This document shows positions 36,094 to 49,047 of a stretch of DNA of 64,000 bases, piece by piece; the stretch's first letter is position 1, and every line of letters starts with the position of its first letter. The position numbers and the translations under genes are program-made. Under the pieces are notes generated by a model, which saw nothing but the letters and a program-made list of their open reading frames with translations, searched no databases and was not told the origin of the DNA. Source of the DNA: Emiliania huxleyi CCMP1516 (Eukaryota); NCBI RefSeq assembly GCF_000372725.1, contig NW_005201123.1, positions 186,001 through 250,000 on the forward strand. The letters run 5' to 3'.

Positions 36094-39000
36094 GCGCGTG
36101 AGCTGCTCTCGAGCCTCGAGCAGCTGGAGCCGCCCGCGTCTTTGTTCGCCGCTGGGGCCGCTGGGGATGCCGCCCTTGCCGCCAGCCTCCTGCCTCCCGG
36201 CCTCTCACCCGAGGCCCGCCGCGTCGCGCAGCTGTACGAGCTGCTCTACGAACCGGCGGCGGTGGAGGAGGAGGCCGCTGCCGCTCGTAGTGGTGCGGCA
36301 GCAGAGGCCGGCGATGCGGCCGGCGATGCGGTTACGGGCAGCCGTGAGCGCTTGCGCGAGCGACAGGGTCGAATCAACGCTGAGGCAGGCGAGCTGAGCG
36401 AGCACGTCGCGGCGCGGGATGCGGCGCGGGAGGCCCACGTGGCGGCACTGAGGGAGGCTGAGGCACGACTCCTCGAGATGGCTGGGTGCGAGACGGCGAC
36501 GTCTCTCGACGCTGCCGCGAGGAGCGCGGCGGAGGCGAGCGCCGCTGCGAACACTCTCCTCGCCGACGCGCGGGAGGCTGCAGGGGAGGGCCCGCGCGCG
36601 CTCGGGCAGGTTGAGCTGCCGGATGTGCCGCGCGGCGCCGATGCAGGCGACGGGGGCGGACGCCGAGCGCGGATCGGATCGCTCGCCCGCGGCTTGCGCG
36701 TGCAGGGCGACCAGGCTGCGCGGTTGGCAGCGGTGCGTCGCGCTTTTTGCACGTACGTCGCTGAGGCGGCCGAGGCGGCGCTGCTGAAGGCGACGCCGCT
36801 CCTCCCCGCCGCCACGCTCGTTGACCCGCAGGGATTGCTGCTCCACTACGATTACGACGCATCGCTGCCGGCGCAGCAGCTCCTCATCGCCGCGAGCGAT
36901 GAGGCGGCAGCTCGGCGGGCGCGCGCGCAGCGGCTCTCCAATTTGCGCGCAGCGCTGACGCGGCTCACGGCGGAGAGGACCGAGGAGGAACTCGCTCTGC
37001 GGAACGGTTGCGGTGACTTGCCCTCCTCCCTCGAGGCGGCGCGGCTCGCTTGCAAGCGAGCACAGCGCCGCTTGGAGCCGGCGCCGCGCGGGCCGTGGCG
37101 CGAATGGTGCATATTGCGGCCGAAACCACGGCACGGCGGCCCGCTTCCAGTAGGCGCTGCTCGAGCTCAAGTACGCGCGGGAGGACGGTCTCGAGGGGCA
37201 GGATTTGGAGGCCGCCAAGGCTGCCGTGAAGGCAGCGACCGGCGCCGCGAGGGATGCGGATCGGCAGCTCTCGCAGGTCCACGCGTCTCTATGCGCGCGG
37301 CTCCCCCTCTTCCCAGAGCTGCACCGCCTGCTGCCGGACGCAGCGCCTCGCGAGCTGCTGCCGATTTTCCACCCGCAGCGCACGCTCAAGGTTTACTCGA
37401 ATTTGCGCTCGCTCGGCACGGGCGCTGGCCGCCACGCCGTGCGCTACGCGGAGCTCGAGGACGGACGGCCGGTCGTGCTCAAGGAGTACGCGGTGGACGC
37501 GGAGGGGCGCCGCAACTGCTACAAGGAGGCGGCGCTGCTGCTTCGCCTCCGTCACCCCGCTGTCGTGCCGATCGAGGCGGTCTTCTGCGACGTGACGGAC
37601 GCGCACACGACGGTGCATCTGCAGATGCCGTTCTACCGCAACGGCACGTTGCGCGAGTGGTGGAGGGCGTGCCCGCCCACCGCCGTGGAGGCGGCCTCCT
37701 TCGTGCAGGCGCTGTGCGCCGCGGTCGCCCACTTGCACGCGCATTCGGCGCTCGCGCCCGGCCGTCGCCGAGTTGCACAGGAGGGTCTCTTCACGCGTGC
37801 AGCTGTGAGCAGGTGTACCACTGCGACATCAAGCCGGACAACATCTTGGTGGACGACGCGGCGCGACCCCGCCTCGCGGATTTCGACGTGTCCCTCGACG
37901 CGACGAGCCGCGTCACCGAGACGCTCACGCTGCGCGGTACCGAGCGCTACCTCGCGCCGGAGCTACTCGCCGGAGGCGCCGCAAGCCAATAGACGCTGAT
38001 TCACGTCCGGCTCATCGGAGGCCGCGCCGCCGTTGGATACGTAGGCGCGAGGCCCGGAGCACCGTCGGACGTCTACGCGCTCGGTGTCACGCTATCGGAG
38101 ATGTTGCTTGGCCGCTCGCCGCACCTCTGCGGCCTCTTTGACGCGATGACGGCGCGCAGCGCCGCGGCGCGGCCCTCGGCGGCGGCGGCGCTCGTGCACC
38201 CGTGTTTTGAGCAGTTGGCGGCCGCCTCCGCCGCTGAGGGAGGCGGGGGTGGCAGGGCGAAGGAGGAGCGCACGTGCTGCCTCTGTTTGTGCGACGCGCC
38301 GCACGTGCATGCCGTGGGTGGCGGTTTGGAGTGCGCGGCCGGGCGCCACTTTGCGTGCGACGAGTGCCTCTCGCATCACGTGCACCACGCATCGGTCGAC
38401 GATTTGCGCGAGCGGGCGCGCCGCGAGGGCCGCGTGCGGTGTCCAATGGCGCCGCTGCCATCTTTCACCGCCGCTCTGCACGTCGCCACGGCGCTTCACG
38501 CGCGGGTCGTTGACAGGCGCCGCACGGGTGCGACGCGGATTCGTACTTTGCCGACGCGGAGTTGGCACGACACCTCTCGGACGACGCGTTCGACGAGTAC
38601 CTCTCGAGCCGCAGGCAGCTCGTCGAGCAGCGGTTGGCGACCGAGGCGGAGGAGCGATTGCGGCAGGTGCCCGTTCCCCACAGTCTCTGCCGTGCGTTCC
38701 CAGCCCCCTCTCTCCCACTCTCTGCCGTGTCGCACCACCGCATCCCAAGGTTGTCCAGCATGAGCTGTCCAACCTCGCGAGCCTCGACGCTTCCCAGCTC
38801 CGCGTGCGCAACGCCCGGCTGGAGATCGCCGAGCTGCTCTCGCTAAAGTGCCCCGGGTGCCGCCCCTCTATAGAGGGTACAGTGTGCCGCCGCTACGGTC
38901 GTGAGCCGGCGCTTTGAATAGGTGCCGCGCACCGTTTGCGCTGCAGTCGGATTTCGCTGAGTGCTATGCCCTCCAGTGCCCGCGCTGTCCCACAACGTTT

Positions 39001-39426
39001 TGCGCTTGGTGCCTCGGCGACGTGTCGGCCGCCGCCGACCCGCACGCGCACGTCATCGATTGCGAGCAGGCGCCGAGCGACATGCTCGGCCACGCGCTCT
39101 TTTTGCGCGATGATAATGGGGGACCGCACGTGCCGCCAAACCCCGCGCGCAAGTTCGAGCGGCACTGGCTCTTTCGCAAGGCGGTCGGCGTGCGGGAGGT
39201 TCTGCGGCGGCTGCCGCAGGCGGAAGTGGACATGCTCCCACGCGAGTTTGTGGACGTGGCCCGAATTGCGGCCACCGCCGAGGCGGGTGCAGCCTTGGAG
39301 CCGCCGCCGAGGCAGCCAGCGGTCGTACCACACGGCGCAGCCGCTGCCAATGGTATGGATTTCGAGGCGCCGTTCCCCCCTTGGGTGGAGCCGGCCATGC
39401 GGCAAGAGCAGCAGCAACAGCCCTGA
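36094..39426 (+). CDS. Multi-exon Ser/Thr protein kinase fused to RING and RING2/IBR-like zinc fingers
   Basis: VVLKE, LRHPAVV, HCDIKPDNIL, LADFD, GTERYLAPE, SDVYALG; then CCLC...C...HFACDEC...CP and CPGCRAPF...CYALQCPRCPTTFCAWC...H...C. Confidence 0.88.
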
Positions 39427-39990
39427 GCGCGAGGGGGGAGCGGGATCTGACTCAGACTCTGAGTATCTGGGTCTGTGTAGAACCCAATGTACCTTGACCA
39501 CATGAGAGTACACTGCCCCTCAAGACCTCCGTACTGCTGCGCGGGGGAGTGCAATCCTCGGAGTCTGGTCGCGCGGGGAGAGCCGCCGCGCACGGGCGTT
39601 GACGCGCGCGCACACCGCTCTTGCTCCGCTCGCCACCTCTCGCATAAGCTCCAAAGTCATGTATACTCCGCCACGCGCCGAAAGTGTGGAGCAAAAACTC
39701 AGCCTTGTCCCTTGAGTTCTCAGCGCCCTCACGGCCCGCCAATGGCAAACCCCGCCGACTCCCTCCATCGGTGTGGCGCCGCTCGATGCACGATGGTGCC
39801 GGGATGGGGAACCCTATTCCGTAGCGATTTCCCCTAGGGTTAACACAGAAAAAGCCGGGCCCCTTAGCTCCGGCTAGGGCTACGGGGCCTCCGAAGCCGA
39901 CCACGAGGAAGGGCCGACTAAGGGTTGGCATACTGGGCTGGGTTTTTAGGCATTGTGGGGTTGGCACTCCCATCGACCCTAGGTACTCGA

Positions 39991-40506
39991 GTAGGAAAAT
40001 GAAGGGAACACTTGACGGTCGCGGCCTTCCGACTCGCGCCTCCGCCTCACTGACTCTATTGTAGCCCTGGCCGGTGCGCGTGCTCAGTTGAAGTTCCGGA
40101 GTGAAAATTCGAACGCGTTCTCTCACGGTGACCAAAAAATGTCCACCTCAGAGGCACCTCCGGAGGCAGGCCGCCGCACGCCGGCGACACAGCTCCAGCT
40201 GTCGAACTGACCCGCAGCTCCTCTCAGAGCGGGAACTGTGACGAAAGTTGACTGAGGCGGTTGTCAGGAATCATCATACGGATCACATGGTGGCTCTCTC
40301 ATGACGGGAGACCGCCCGACCACTCCTGGGTGGCACTGCCACCGGTGTCGCTCGACGTCCTGTCGACAGCGTGCCGACAGCGACACAGACCATGTGGGAC
40401 GCGTCGAGTATCGACCTCTACTGCTTACCCAGCCTTCGAGTGTATCCTGGTTGTGGTCCCACACCCACTGGTGTCCATCTCAGAGACCGCAGGAGGTCAT
40501 GAGGGT
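39991..40506 (+). repeat. Repeat family E (~515 bp), empty copy
   Basis: Near-identical to 56330-56399 plus 57128-57558. Confidence 0.9.
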
Positions 40507-41994
40507 ACCTAGGTACTAGAGTTGGCCCTTGAAGGGCCCCGCCCCAAATGAGTCGGTGTGGGCGGACTTATCGGCCCCCTACTTGGCTGGGTTCACACCC
40601 GCGAGGATGGTTGTGTTGTTGCCTCCCCGACTCGGACGGCCCGCCGCCTCACACCCGCGGGATATGGCCGAGTCCATCCACGGAGCCGCACGCTGCCGCT
40701 CCTTGGACGCAACGCTCCGACTTCTATAGAGAAACCCCCATCTGCACCAGCGTTTTAAAGTGGAATCGGAAAAATTCTTTTTCTACGTCAACCCGTCATG
40801 CGGCAGGTGGCTTGCTTTGGCTCGCTGCCACCGCGGTGGCTCACCAAGGACTTTTCAACGTGCGGCGTCATCACCACGCGGCGCGCAAGCCACGCCTCAC
40901 CCGGGCAAAAGGAACGATCGCGAGCCGCCGCCGCCCGCCTCGCCGCGCCGCGCCGCGCCGCGCCTCGCCTCGCCTTGCAGCAGCGCACGCGCACACGCAC
41001 CCGCGCGCCCGCGCTCGCTCCGCGAGAGCGAAGCAACCCTCCAAGCGAGTTTCGCGAGCCGGGAGCCAAAAGGTCCCAGCTCGAACCGCGAACCGGTTCG
41101 ACCACCGCAGTGGCGGTTCTGCAAAGGCACTCAAGGGCAGTGCCTCATATAACGTGAAATAGTGCGAGCGCGCGAGATACTCACCCGACCCACCGTGCCC
41201 TCGCGAAGGAGATCTCGCGCCGCGCGCGCTCGCACACGCCGCCCGAGAGCACTCCCACCCCCGCCGCCCTCAAGCTCACAGGTTGAGTTGAGGAGAAGCA
41301 GCTGAGGGAGATCAAAGCGGGAGAAGGCGGCACGGCGGCGGCGGCGCGGCGCCCCCCCATCCCCACGCCTCCGGGTCGTGCGTACCGCCTTCGGGCGAGA
41401 GTGTCCCCCCAGCGTCTGCTCCCCAGCAGACGCTCCGGTAATCAGGCCGAGAGTACCAGGCAGGTGGGGAGAAGAGCCCAGGGAGGGGAGAGGAGAAGAG
41501 CCCAGGGAGGGGGGAGGAGAAGAGCCCAAGGCGGCCTCCCTCTCCCTCCCCTCCCACCGGGCCTCCCTCTCCCTCTCCTCCCACCGGGCCTCCCTCTCCC
41601 CCTCCTACCGCCAAGTCTCGAGGGGCCAGCCGCTGGAAGGGGCAAGCCAGCGGCACGAGGGCTTCAGCCACACAGCTACCAAGGGAACGCGACCCACACA
41701 AAGCACCAAAGTTAGGCATACCCCCCGGCGCAGTGTCCCCCGCTATGTGTCGCCGTTCGTCGGGGCACGCAATCCTGTGCAGTCAGGGCAAGTGGGGGCG
41801 GGGTGGAGTGCCCAGGCCTTTGTTTCCTGGGATTTCTCTGCCCAGTCCGGGGGTGCGTCGAACCTTCCATCACCCTGGGAACGTCCGGGTGTTGGAAGTA
41901 AAGATATATTACTTTAAAGTGGAATCGTCAAGAAAAATCGACGCCCCGGGCTAGCAACCGGGTGTGTTGTGGTTCTTGCCCAAAAATGCGTGTG

Positions 41995-42212
41995 GTTTTT
42001 GCCCATGCACATTTTTTGCATTTTTGCATGTGTTGCATATCACACATATCATGGCATTTGAACGCATTATAGTGCATCTGCATTTTCTGCATTCGAGAGG
42101 CAACTGCATTTAGCTGCATATGCATTTTCTGCATTCTTTGCACTCGGTGGGCAACTGCATTTCAGCTGCATATGCATTTTCTGCATTCTTTGCATTCGGT
42201 GGGCAACTGCAT
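41995..42212. repeat. AT-rich cluster of TGCAT/TGCA motifs with a 48 bp tandem duplication
   Basis: Direct reading. Confidence 0.7.
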
Positions 42213-42219
42213 TTGGAAG

Positions 42220-43312
42220 GGCGAGTCGTCAGAGGCCCCACCCGTACCACCCGTGTAGGCTTGCCGCGCCGCCGAGAGGACGAGGAGGCCGTCGTAGATC
42301 AGTGCGAGGGCGAGGAGCAGCGCGAGGCCCGATGGCCCCCATCCCCAACTGAGCGGCCAGCCCAGGCCGAGCTCAACGCCGGCGAGGCGCCAGCTTGGGT
42401 GGAGGAATCCGTCGACAATCACGAGCACGACGACGCCGGCGATGCCGCAAGCGGTGGCGACGCCCAGTAGCCGGCGGGGCGCCTCATCGGAACGGGTCAT
42501 GGCGGCAGTCGGGCGCAGCACGAGCCACTCGCCGCCGGATGCCGCCAGCCGGGCCAGCTTGTAGAAGAGGGCGCCTACATGCAGAATATCAGCCGAGGTG
42601 AACCCAAGCCTCAGCGTGCGTAGCTTGGAGGGTAGAGGCGGGGGGGGGGGGGGGGGGGGGGGGCACCGTGTAGCAGCAGCAGCGCGCCGAGCAAGTTGCC
42701 GAGGAGCGGGTAGTGACGTGCCGCAAAGTCACATCGCCAGATGGCCAGTCCGAGAGTGTAAAGGCTGAGCGCGGCGACAAGGGCGCCGGCGATGAGGCAA
42801 GCCGGGGCGAGGCCAGGTGCCCCCGAGGGGGGAGGCTGCAGGAACCACAAGCGGGTGTCGCCGGCGATGGCGAGCGACAGGGTGGCGAGGAGTCCGGCGT
42901 CGTACAACGAGAGCGGCGTTAATAGCAACGCAAACACAGTCGCGTCGGGTGGGGGGGGCGGCGGCAAGTATTCTCCCCGCAGCAGCTTGCGGTAGCGGAT
43001 CGGCCCCTCGGCCGGCAGCTGGGAGAGGGAGAGCGTGGGCCTTGGCCCTCCGGGCGACTCCGCGGCGCGGAAGAGGCCGTCGGGGCCGGAGCGGCGCGCG
43101 ATGTCGATGACGCGTTGCATCGCCGGGTCGGGAGAGAAGGTGAAGGTTGCGTCGGCGCCGGGGGAGAGCGTCACTGCGAGCGGGGTCAGGAGGAGCACGC
43201 CCACGCCAAATCCGACGAGCACGCGAACGCGCTGCCGCCAGAGGCCGCCATGCACCGCCTGCAGCACGCGCGACCGCGAGCGGCGCTCCGCCTCACGCTC
43301 CTCTTCGCCAGC
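42220..43312 (-). CDS. Hypothetical multi-pass membrane protein (at least 2 exons; ends uncertain)
   Basis: Several hydrophobic helices in ORFs 42611-43720 and 42162-42521; the 5' part is interrupted by a MITE. Confidence 0.5.
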
Positions 43313-43324
43313 CTCGCCGCCGCC

Positions 43325-43654
43325 CTCCCGGTGGCAAATAATAGCCCAAGTCGAAGAGTGCGCCCCGCCCTCGGTATCTGGGCGGCAGGCGGGACTAGAG
43401 TGGCACGCCGGTGCACGGATGGGGGCGCGAGCCGCCATCTTGGACTGTGAGGCGAGTATTTGCAACCGGGAGCTCGCCGCCGCCCCTACACCGCCGCCGC
43501 CGCCCTCCCGGTGGCAAATAATAGCCCAAGTCGAAGAGTGCGCCCCGCCCTCGGTATCTGGGCGGCAGGCGGGACTAGAGAGTGGCACGCCGGTGCACGG
43601 ATGGGGGCGCGAGCCGCCATCTTGGACTGTGAGGCGAGTATTTGCAACCGGGAG
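43325..43654. mobile_element. 148-150 bp MITE, tandemly duplicated (43325-43472, 43505-43654)
   Basis: TIR CTCCCGGT(G/T)GCAAATA; CTCGCCGCCGCC flanks copy 1 (43313-43324, 43473-43484). Confidence 0.8.
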
Positions 43655-44210
43655 CTCGCCGCCGCCCCTACACCGCCGCCGCCGCCCTCCCGATGCGTCG
43701 GAGTCGACTCTCGACTGCACTGAGAGAGTTCATCCCACCATCAGCACCGTATTCGCCCACAGCATGCCATGAGATTCATATAGGTCTAGTGTACACATCA
43801 GCTCAGCGAGACCAATATCTCCAGCCTCCTTCATCTTGGCTGCTGCTTGGGAGCCAACACCTGTGCAAGTGAGTGTCAGAGTGGTCGGAACTCGGTGGGA
43901 GCATCCGTCATCATTCACGTTCACACGACTCTTCACACTCGCTCGAAAAAGTGAAATTTTGTTTCACATGAAATGTGAAGTGAAAGTGAAAGTGAAACCG
44001 ATTCGCTGTTTCCATGTGAAATCACGAACCCTGCAGCCTCTCCGCACCCGCCGTACCCCCGCGTACTCTCTCGACAAGCAAGCGCTCTGGAGCTTTTAAA
44101 GAACTGCGTGTCGGTGAGAAACCAGTGTGTAGAGACCCCCCACGCGCGCCGATCTCTCCTGACTGTGACTCCTCAATGCCGTCAAAGGTGTGCAACAGAC
44201 GTGAACTATG

Positions 44211-47125
44211 TCAATCCTCCGCCACCTCCACCTCTGGCGGATTCACCGCGCTGAGCTCCTGGTAGGCGCCCTCGCGCACGGTCCTCTTCGGCGAGAGGAC
44301 CTCGACGAGCATGATTGCGCTCGTGTGCACCAGCAGCACGAGCGCCATCGCCGTGCACGCCTACCGGGCGGCGTGAATCTTAGACGCGCTGTGTTGGCGC
44401 CTCATATGAGTGCAAGGCAACTCTACTGGCTGCTGCGCGGCTGAATACTAAAAGAACATGCACACGTGTTCAGCATCTAGGGGTGCAAGCCCACGGGAAA
44501 GTGAAACGCGAAGTGAGCGCGGTGCCGATGACCGGACCGACCATCTGGCGGTAGGGAGAACGAGGAACGGGAGGAGGGGGGGGGGGGTCAGGGGGCGAAG
44601 GGGGGGTTCAGGGGGCGAAGCGGCGTCAGAAATGGATCCGGGCAAAGGGTCACCTGGCCAAGCGAGAAGGAAGCGGCGAGCACCGACGAGAGCGAGTTGA
44701 CCTATGGGAAAGCGTCCAAAAGGGTGAAGGGAAAGTTCCAATCAGGGGCAGGCGACGAGAGCGAGTCGACCGACGCGTCGGCGTGCTCGCCGCACGACGC
44801 CATCATGTCGTCCATCACGGGCGTCATGCTCATGCTCTCGCCGACGCCGAAGAGGACGAGAGCGGCGCACAGCTGCGGCAAGCCCAGCCCGCTCGGCAGC
44901 GCCAGCAGCGGGGAAGGGCCAATCAGCAGGAAACCGAGCAGCTGCAGCAGGAGGCCTGTTCACGACGGGAGCGATTGAAAGGAGGGGGCGGGACCGGAGC
45001 GCGGACGGCGGGCGGCTGCCCGAGACGATGATAGGCCGTGGGCCACACCGCTGCCGGTTGGCGAGGATGCCTACGGACATGCACGTGCGGCAGGTGTCGA
45101 AACCGCGTCTGTACTCTCGACAGAAGGGGTGCTACGGCGGGCGAGGCTGCCAATCAACGGGCACGCGAGGGTGTAGGTGACGGAGGAGATCGAGAAGAGG
45201 AGGCCGATCGAGGCCTCGGACGATGCGTGCCCGCGCGCCTTGGCGTGGTCGGCGAGGGTGGGCTCGAGAAAGGCGTAGTCAGAGTTGGCCTAGGGGCGGG
45301 CACTCCCCGAGATCTGAGGGGCTTCTGACGGGACTTGCAGCACACTCTTGGTTGGGGAGAGCCAGCATCGATGCGAGCGCGATAAGCGAGATCTGGGGAT
45401 TGCGCAGCAGCGCCTGGCAACGTGCACGCAATGTAAGAGGCACTGCTATGGAGAGCGGCCCGGGCGATGCGCAGCAGCAACGCGCGCGCTGATTGCGGCG
45501 CTTTCTCCCGGCTCCATCTCGGCGCGCATCGCCTCGGCGCCTTCATCGAGACGCCGCCCGCGTCGTCGCTCGATCGCCTTCGGTCATCCGGGGGCAGCCG
45601 ATAGTAGATGAGCGCCGCCGCCTACACACCAAGCTCGGGCAAAAATCAGGAAATACCGGGCCGAGGGTCGGAGCAAGGGGCGGAGCCGCCGGCAGCAGCG
45701 CCAAGCCGAGCACCACAAAGGGCGTCGCGAAGCCGCCCGCCGCGAAGAGCATCCCGCCGAGCGGGGGGCCCACCATGTAGCCGAGCCCGGTCGAGATCTC
45801 CGTGAGACCCATGAAAAAAGACACCTGGGAGTGGAATGATCCGGGATTTCGCAGGGACGTCCTCTGAGCAAACTCGGCGAAAGCTGCGCGAGTGGAGACG
45901 TTGTCGGTGTCCATGTCGGCGATCAGGGCGTACGCTGCGGTCTCCTCCATCGCTGAGCCGAGTCCCTGCGTCAGCCGGATCAGCAAGCACCTAGTGGATG
46001 CACTCGATGGAATAGAACACAATACGATAAGACCACGCAGGGGGTGGCGCCTATCGGGATCGGTGTATCATAATACAATAATGGACAGCAACCACTTGGT
46101 GTGGTTGCACTCGACGTGTGGAGAGACGCGGCCGGCCCCTCCTCTCCGCCCAGCCCGACCGGCCGGCGCGACGCGCCTCAGAGAGGGTCGCGTGTGTGTG
46201 TGTGTTTGGGGGGGGGCACCAGGTGGCAAACGGCGATCCGGCGGGCATGTACGAGGCGACAGAGAAGCAGATGGTCGAGATGGCGACGACGACGAGGCCG
46301 GTGGTGTAGACCCACTTCTTGCCGTGCCGCGACATGAAGGGGCCCGCGAAGGGCGACGTGAGGAAGATGACGGCCGGGAAGCACGCGAACACGATGCCGA
46401 CCTGCGGTCAAGTCCACTTTCAAAACTCTGAGCGGTGCAGTGATTGCGACGGGCTGGCTCGCAGCATGAGTTGCGGCCGCGAAGCGAGGTGGGGCGGTTA
46501 GGGTGGCGACGGTTGTTGTGGGTGTGGTGGGCGCGTGTGCGGTGGCGGAAAGGGCAGTGGCGGGCTGGGCGTTGGAGGGCTTGTTAGAGTCCACCGCGTC
46601 GTCGCTCATGCCTTTGGACTTTGCCTGCGGAGAGGAGACGGGGAGAGGGGAGGTGTACGGAGGATATACGGAGCGCCTCTACCCGACCGCTGCGCGTGGG
46701 CACATCATCAGCAGGACGTGGCAAGGGATGCCTGGAGAGGGGCGGCTCGGTGGCTTTGGGCGTGGCGCGGGCCTCTTGAGGGAAGAAGGCGGGCAGGATT
46801 GAAAAGAGCGAGTGGCAGAAAAGGTTGGACACATTGATCAGCGTCATCACCAGTATCTGGAGGCGGGGCGTGGGAGCGGCGAGCGATGGCGGTGGTGAGC
46901 AATGCAGACGGTTTTGCGCGGCTGTGTTGGTGAAGCAACGGGTGGGCAGGATGTTGCTGCGGTGGCCCGAGCGCGCAGGCACGTAGCGCGCTGCAGGTCG
47001 CCGCACGCGCGGGCGAGGCGAGCGGCAGGGCCAGCTGTGCAGCGCCGCGGGTGGCGTGAAGCGTGAAGCAACAACAAGGTGTGACCCACCTTATTATGTG
47101 CGGCCGGCACGCCAAAGCGCCCCAT
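44211..47125 (-). CDS. MFS transporter, SLC18B1-like, multi-exon (start uncertain)
   Basis: SILPAFFPQE, VGIVFACF, RLTQGLGSAM, GLGYMVGPPLGGMLFAAGGFATPF, AFLEPTL; last exon ends EVAED* at 44211. Confidence 0.85.
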
Positions 47126-47583
47126 CCTGGCGGCGCGCGATGCCCGGCGGCCGATGGCGGCCAAGTAGAACGGTGGCTGCGACGGGGTTCCTGCACTGGC
47201 GCGCCGGGCCGCCGGTGGGACAGAGAAAAAAAATTGTTAGCGGGGGGGACACACGATTCCCGCATGGGTTGTGTCCTCTCGCGTTGCTCGCTCGCCCGGG
47301 CGGAGGGCATGGCCGCGGAGGAGGCGAGTACGCGCTTGCCAGGCCTTCCTCAGACAGCCTCTCGGGCAGACTGAGGGTCGGCTTTGCGTGGCGTGGCCCG
47401 TACGCTGCGCTGCGCAAAGCTGCGTATGCTGAGGGAGCACCCTGTGCTTCCACTGGGAGGTGCGCACCTCCTGCAGCTGGTGGAAGGCCGTGCCGCCGTG
47501 CGTCTGCTCCGTGTCACAGGGCGGGAGGCGACGCCGCAGCGCCGCAGCGTCTGCTGCGGGCCGGTGCAGCACTCCGCTGCCTG

Positions 47584-47683
47584 NNNNNNNNNNNNNNNNN
47601 NNNNNNNNNNNNNNNNNNNNNNNNNNNNNNNNNNNNNNNNNNNNNNNNNNNNNNNNNNNNNNNNNNNNNNNNNNNNNNNNNNN
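47584..47683. other. Assembly gap (100 N), followed by low-quality homopolymer-rich sequence to ~48280
   Basis: Direct reading. Confidence 0.98.
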
Positions 47684-48289
47684 TTTTTTTTTTCCCCCCC
47701 CAAAGGAGGGGGGGGGGCAAACCGGCCCCCTTTTTTTTGGGAAGAACTTCTTTTTGAAAAGTTTGTGGGGGGGATTTTCTTCCCCCCCCTGGTTTTTTTT
47801 GGGGGGCGGGGGTTTTTTAGAGGGACGGGGGGGGCCCCTTTTTCCGGGGGGGGGGGGGGGCCCCCCTTTTCCTATAAAAGGGGGGGCCGGGGGGAGGCCC
47901 CCGAATTTTAATTTTCCTTTTTTTTTTTCGCGGGGCCCCCCCCCCCCTTTTGGAGGCCGCCGCTTCCTTTGGGGTTCCCCCCTTCGGCTTCTTTTTTTTT
48001 TCCCCCCCTGGGGGGGCTTTTCCGGTAACCTCCCTGGCAATTTTTTCTTTTACCGCTTTCCCCGGGGTTGTCCCCTCCCTCCCCGCTTGGACCGCCTCCC
48101 CTTCAGGGGCTTTTTTTTTTTTTGCCCCCCCCCCCCCCCATTTTGCCGCCTCCCCTACCGACCCCCCCTCGCCCCCCCGACCCCGCCACCTCCACCGCCT
48201 CTTTGGCCGTTCCCCCTCCTACCTCCGCCGTTCCCCCCCCCCCCCCAAGCCGCCGTTTCCCTAATCCTCTCTCTCGCCGCCCCTACTAC

Positions 48290-49013
48290 CGCCGCCTCCC
48301 TCAGTCATACCATCGTTACGCAAGCATGCGCGACGCTGCCTCTTCGCGCTGCTCGCTCGCGGCTAGAGTTGGTCAAAGGGGCCAAGCAGGGTGATGATGA
48401 CAAAAGACTTTGCAGCATGATGGTGCATGGGCTGCGCCCAGACGACGTGATCGTGAGCATTGGTAGCAACAACGAGTTTGGCTTTGAGGAGCAGATGCTT
48501 GCCTGTACAACAAGTCACATCGCGACATTTGATTGTACAGTTGCCAATGCAACCAACAAGCCAGACAACTCGCGGGTATCCTTTCATCCGTATTGCATTG
48601 GACCTGCCGACACGGAGCATGCTCGCACCTGGACATCCATTTCGGAGCTTGCGCTCAGAGCAGCACGATTGCACAGCGGTGGTGCTGTGGATATCGATCA
48701 GGCTCGCCCGCCGCCCCGCATCGCCATCCTAAAAATGGATGTTGAAGGGTGGGAGTGGGTTGTACTGGAGCAGGTGACGAGGGCAGCATCGGTGCGGAGC
48801 AGCTTGCCCCAGCAGATAGCCGTTGAGGTTCACCTCAAGACCCACGCGTCAATGGGCGTACCTGGCTTCAACAAGGGTGACCTGCCCAGCAAAGGGCTGA
48901 AGCTTCGTCAGCTGCGTGAGCGCATGACGTTGGCTGGCTACGCTCTCATCGACCGCAACGACAACCCCTGGTGCGGTCACTGCAGTGAGCTGCTCTTCGT
49001 GCTTCATGAGTGA
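48290..49013 (+). CDS. Methyltransf_22/METTL24-like SAM-dependent methyltransferase (5' end lies in low-quality sequence)
   Basis: VSIGSNNEFGFE, IATFDCT, FHPYCIG, ILKMDVEGWEW, QQIAVEVH, NPWCGHCSE. Confidence 0.85.
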
Positions 49014-49047
49014 GTTAGAATTTTACAACAAAAGTCTCTCGTACACG

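Noticed and set aside
43325..43472. Introner-like element (ends in AG on the gene strand)
   Set aside because: GC donors available in the TSD leave +1, +4 or +7 nt, so splicing would not restore the frame.
47684..48280. G/C/T homopolymer-rich stretch and long ORFs through it (also 21437-21532 and 58330-58580)
   Set aside because: Typical low-quality read ends near a gap; not interpretable as G-quadruplex or coding signal.
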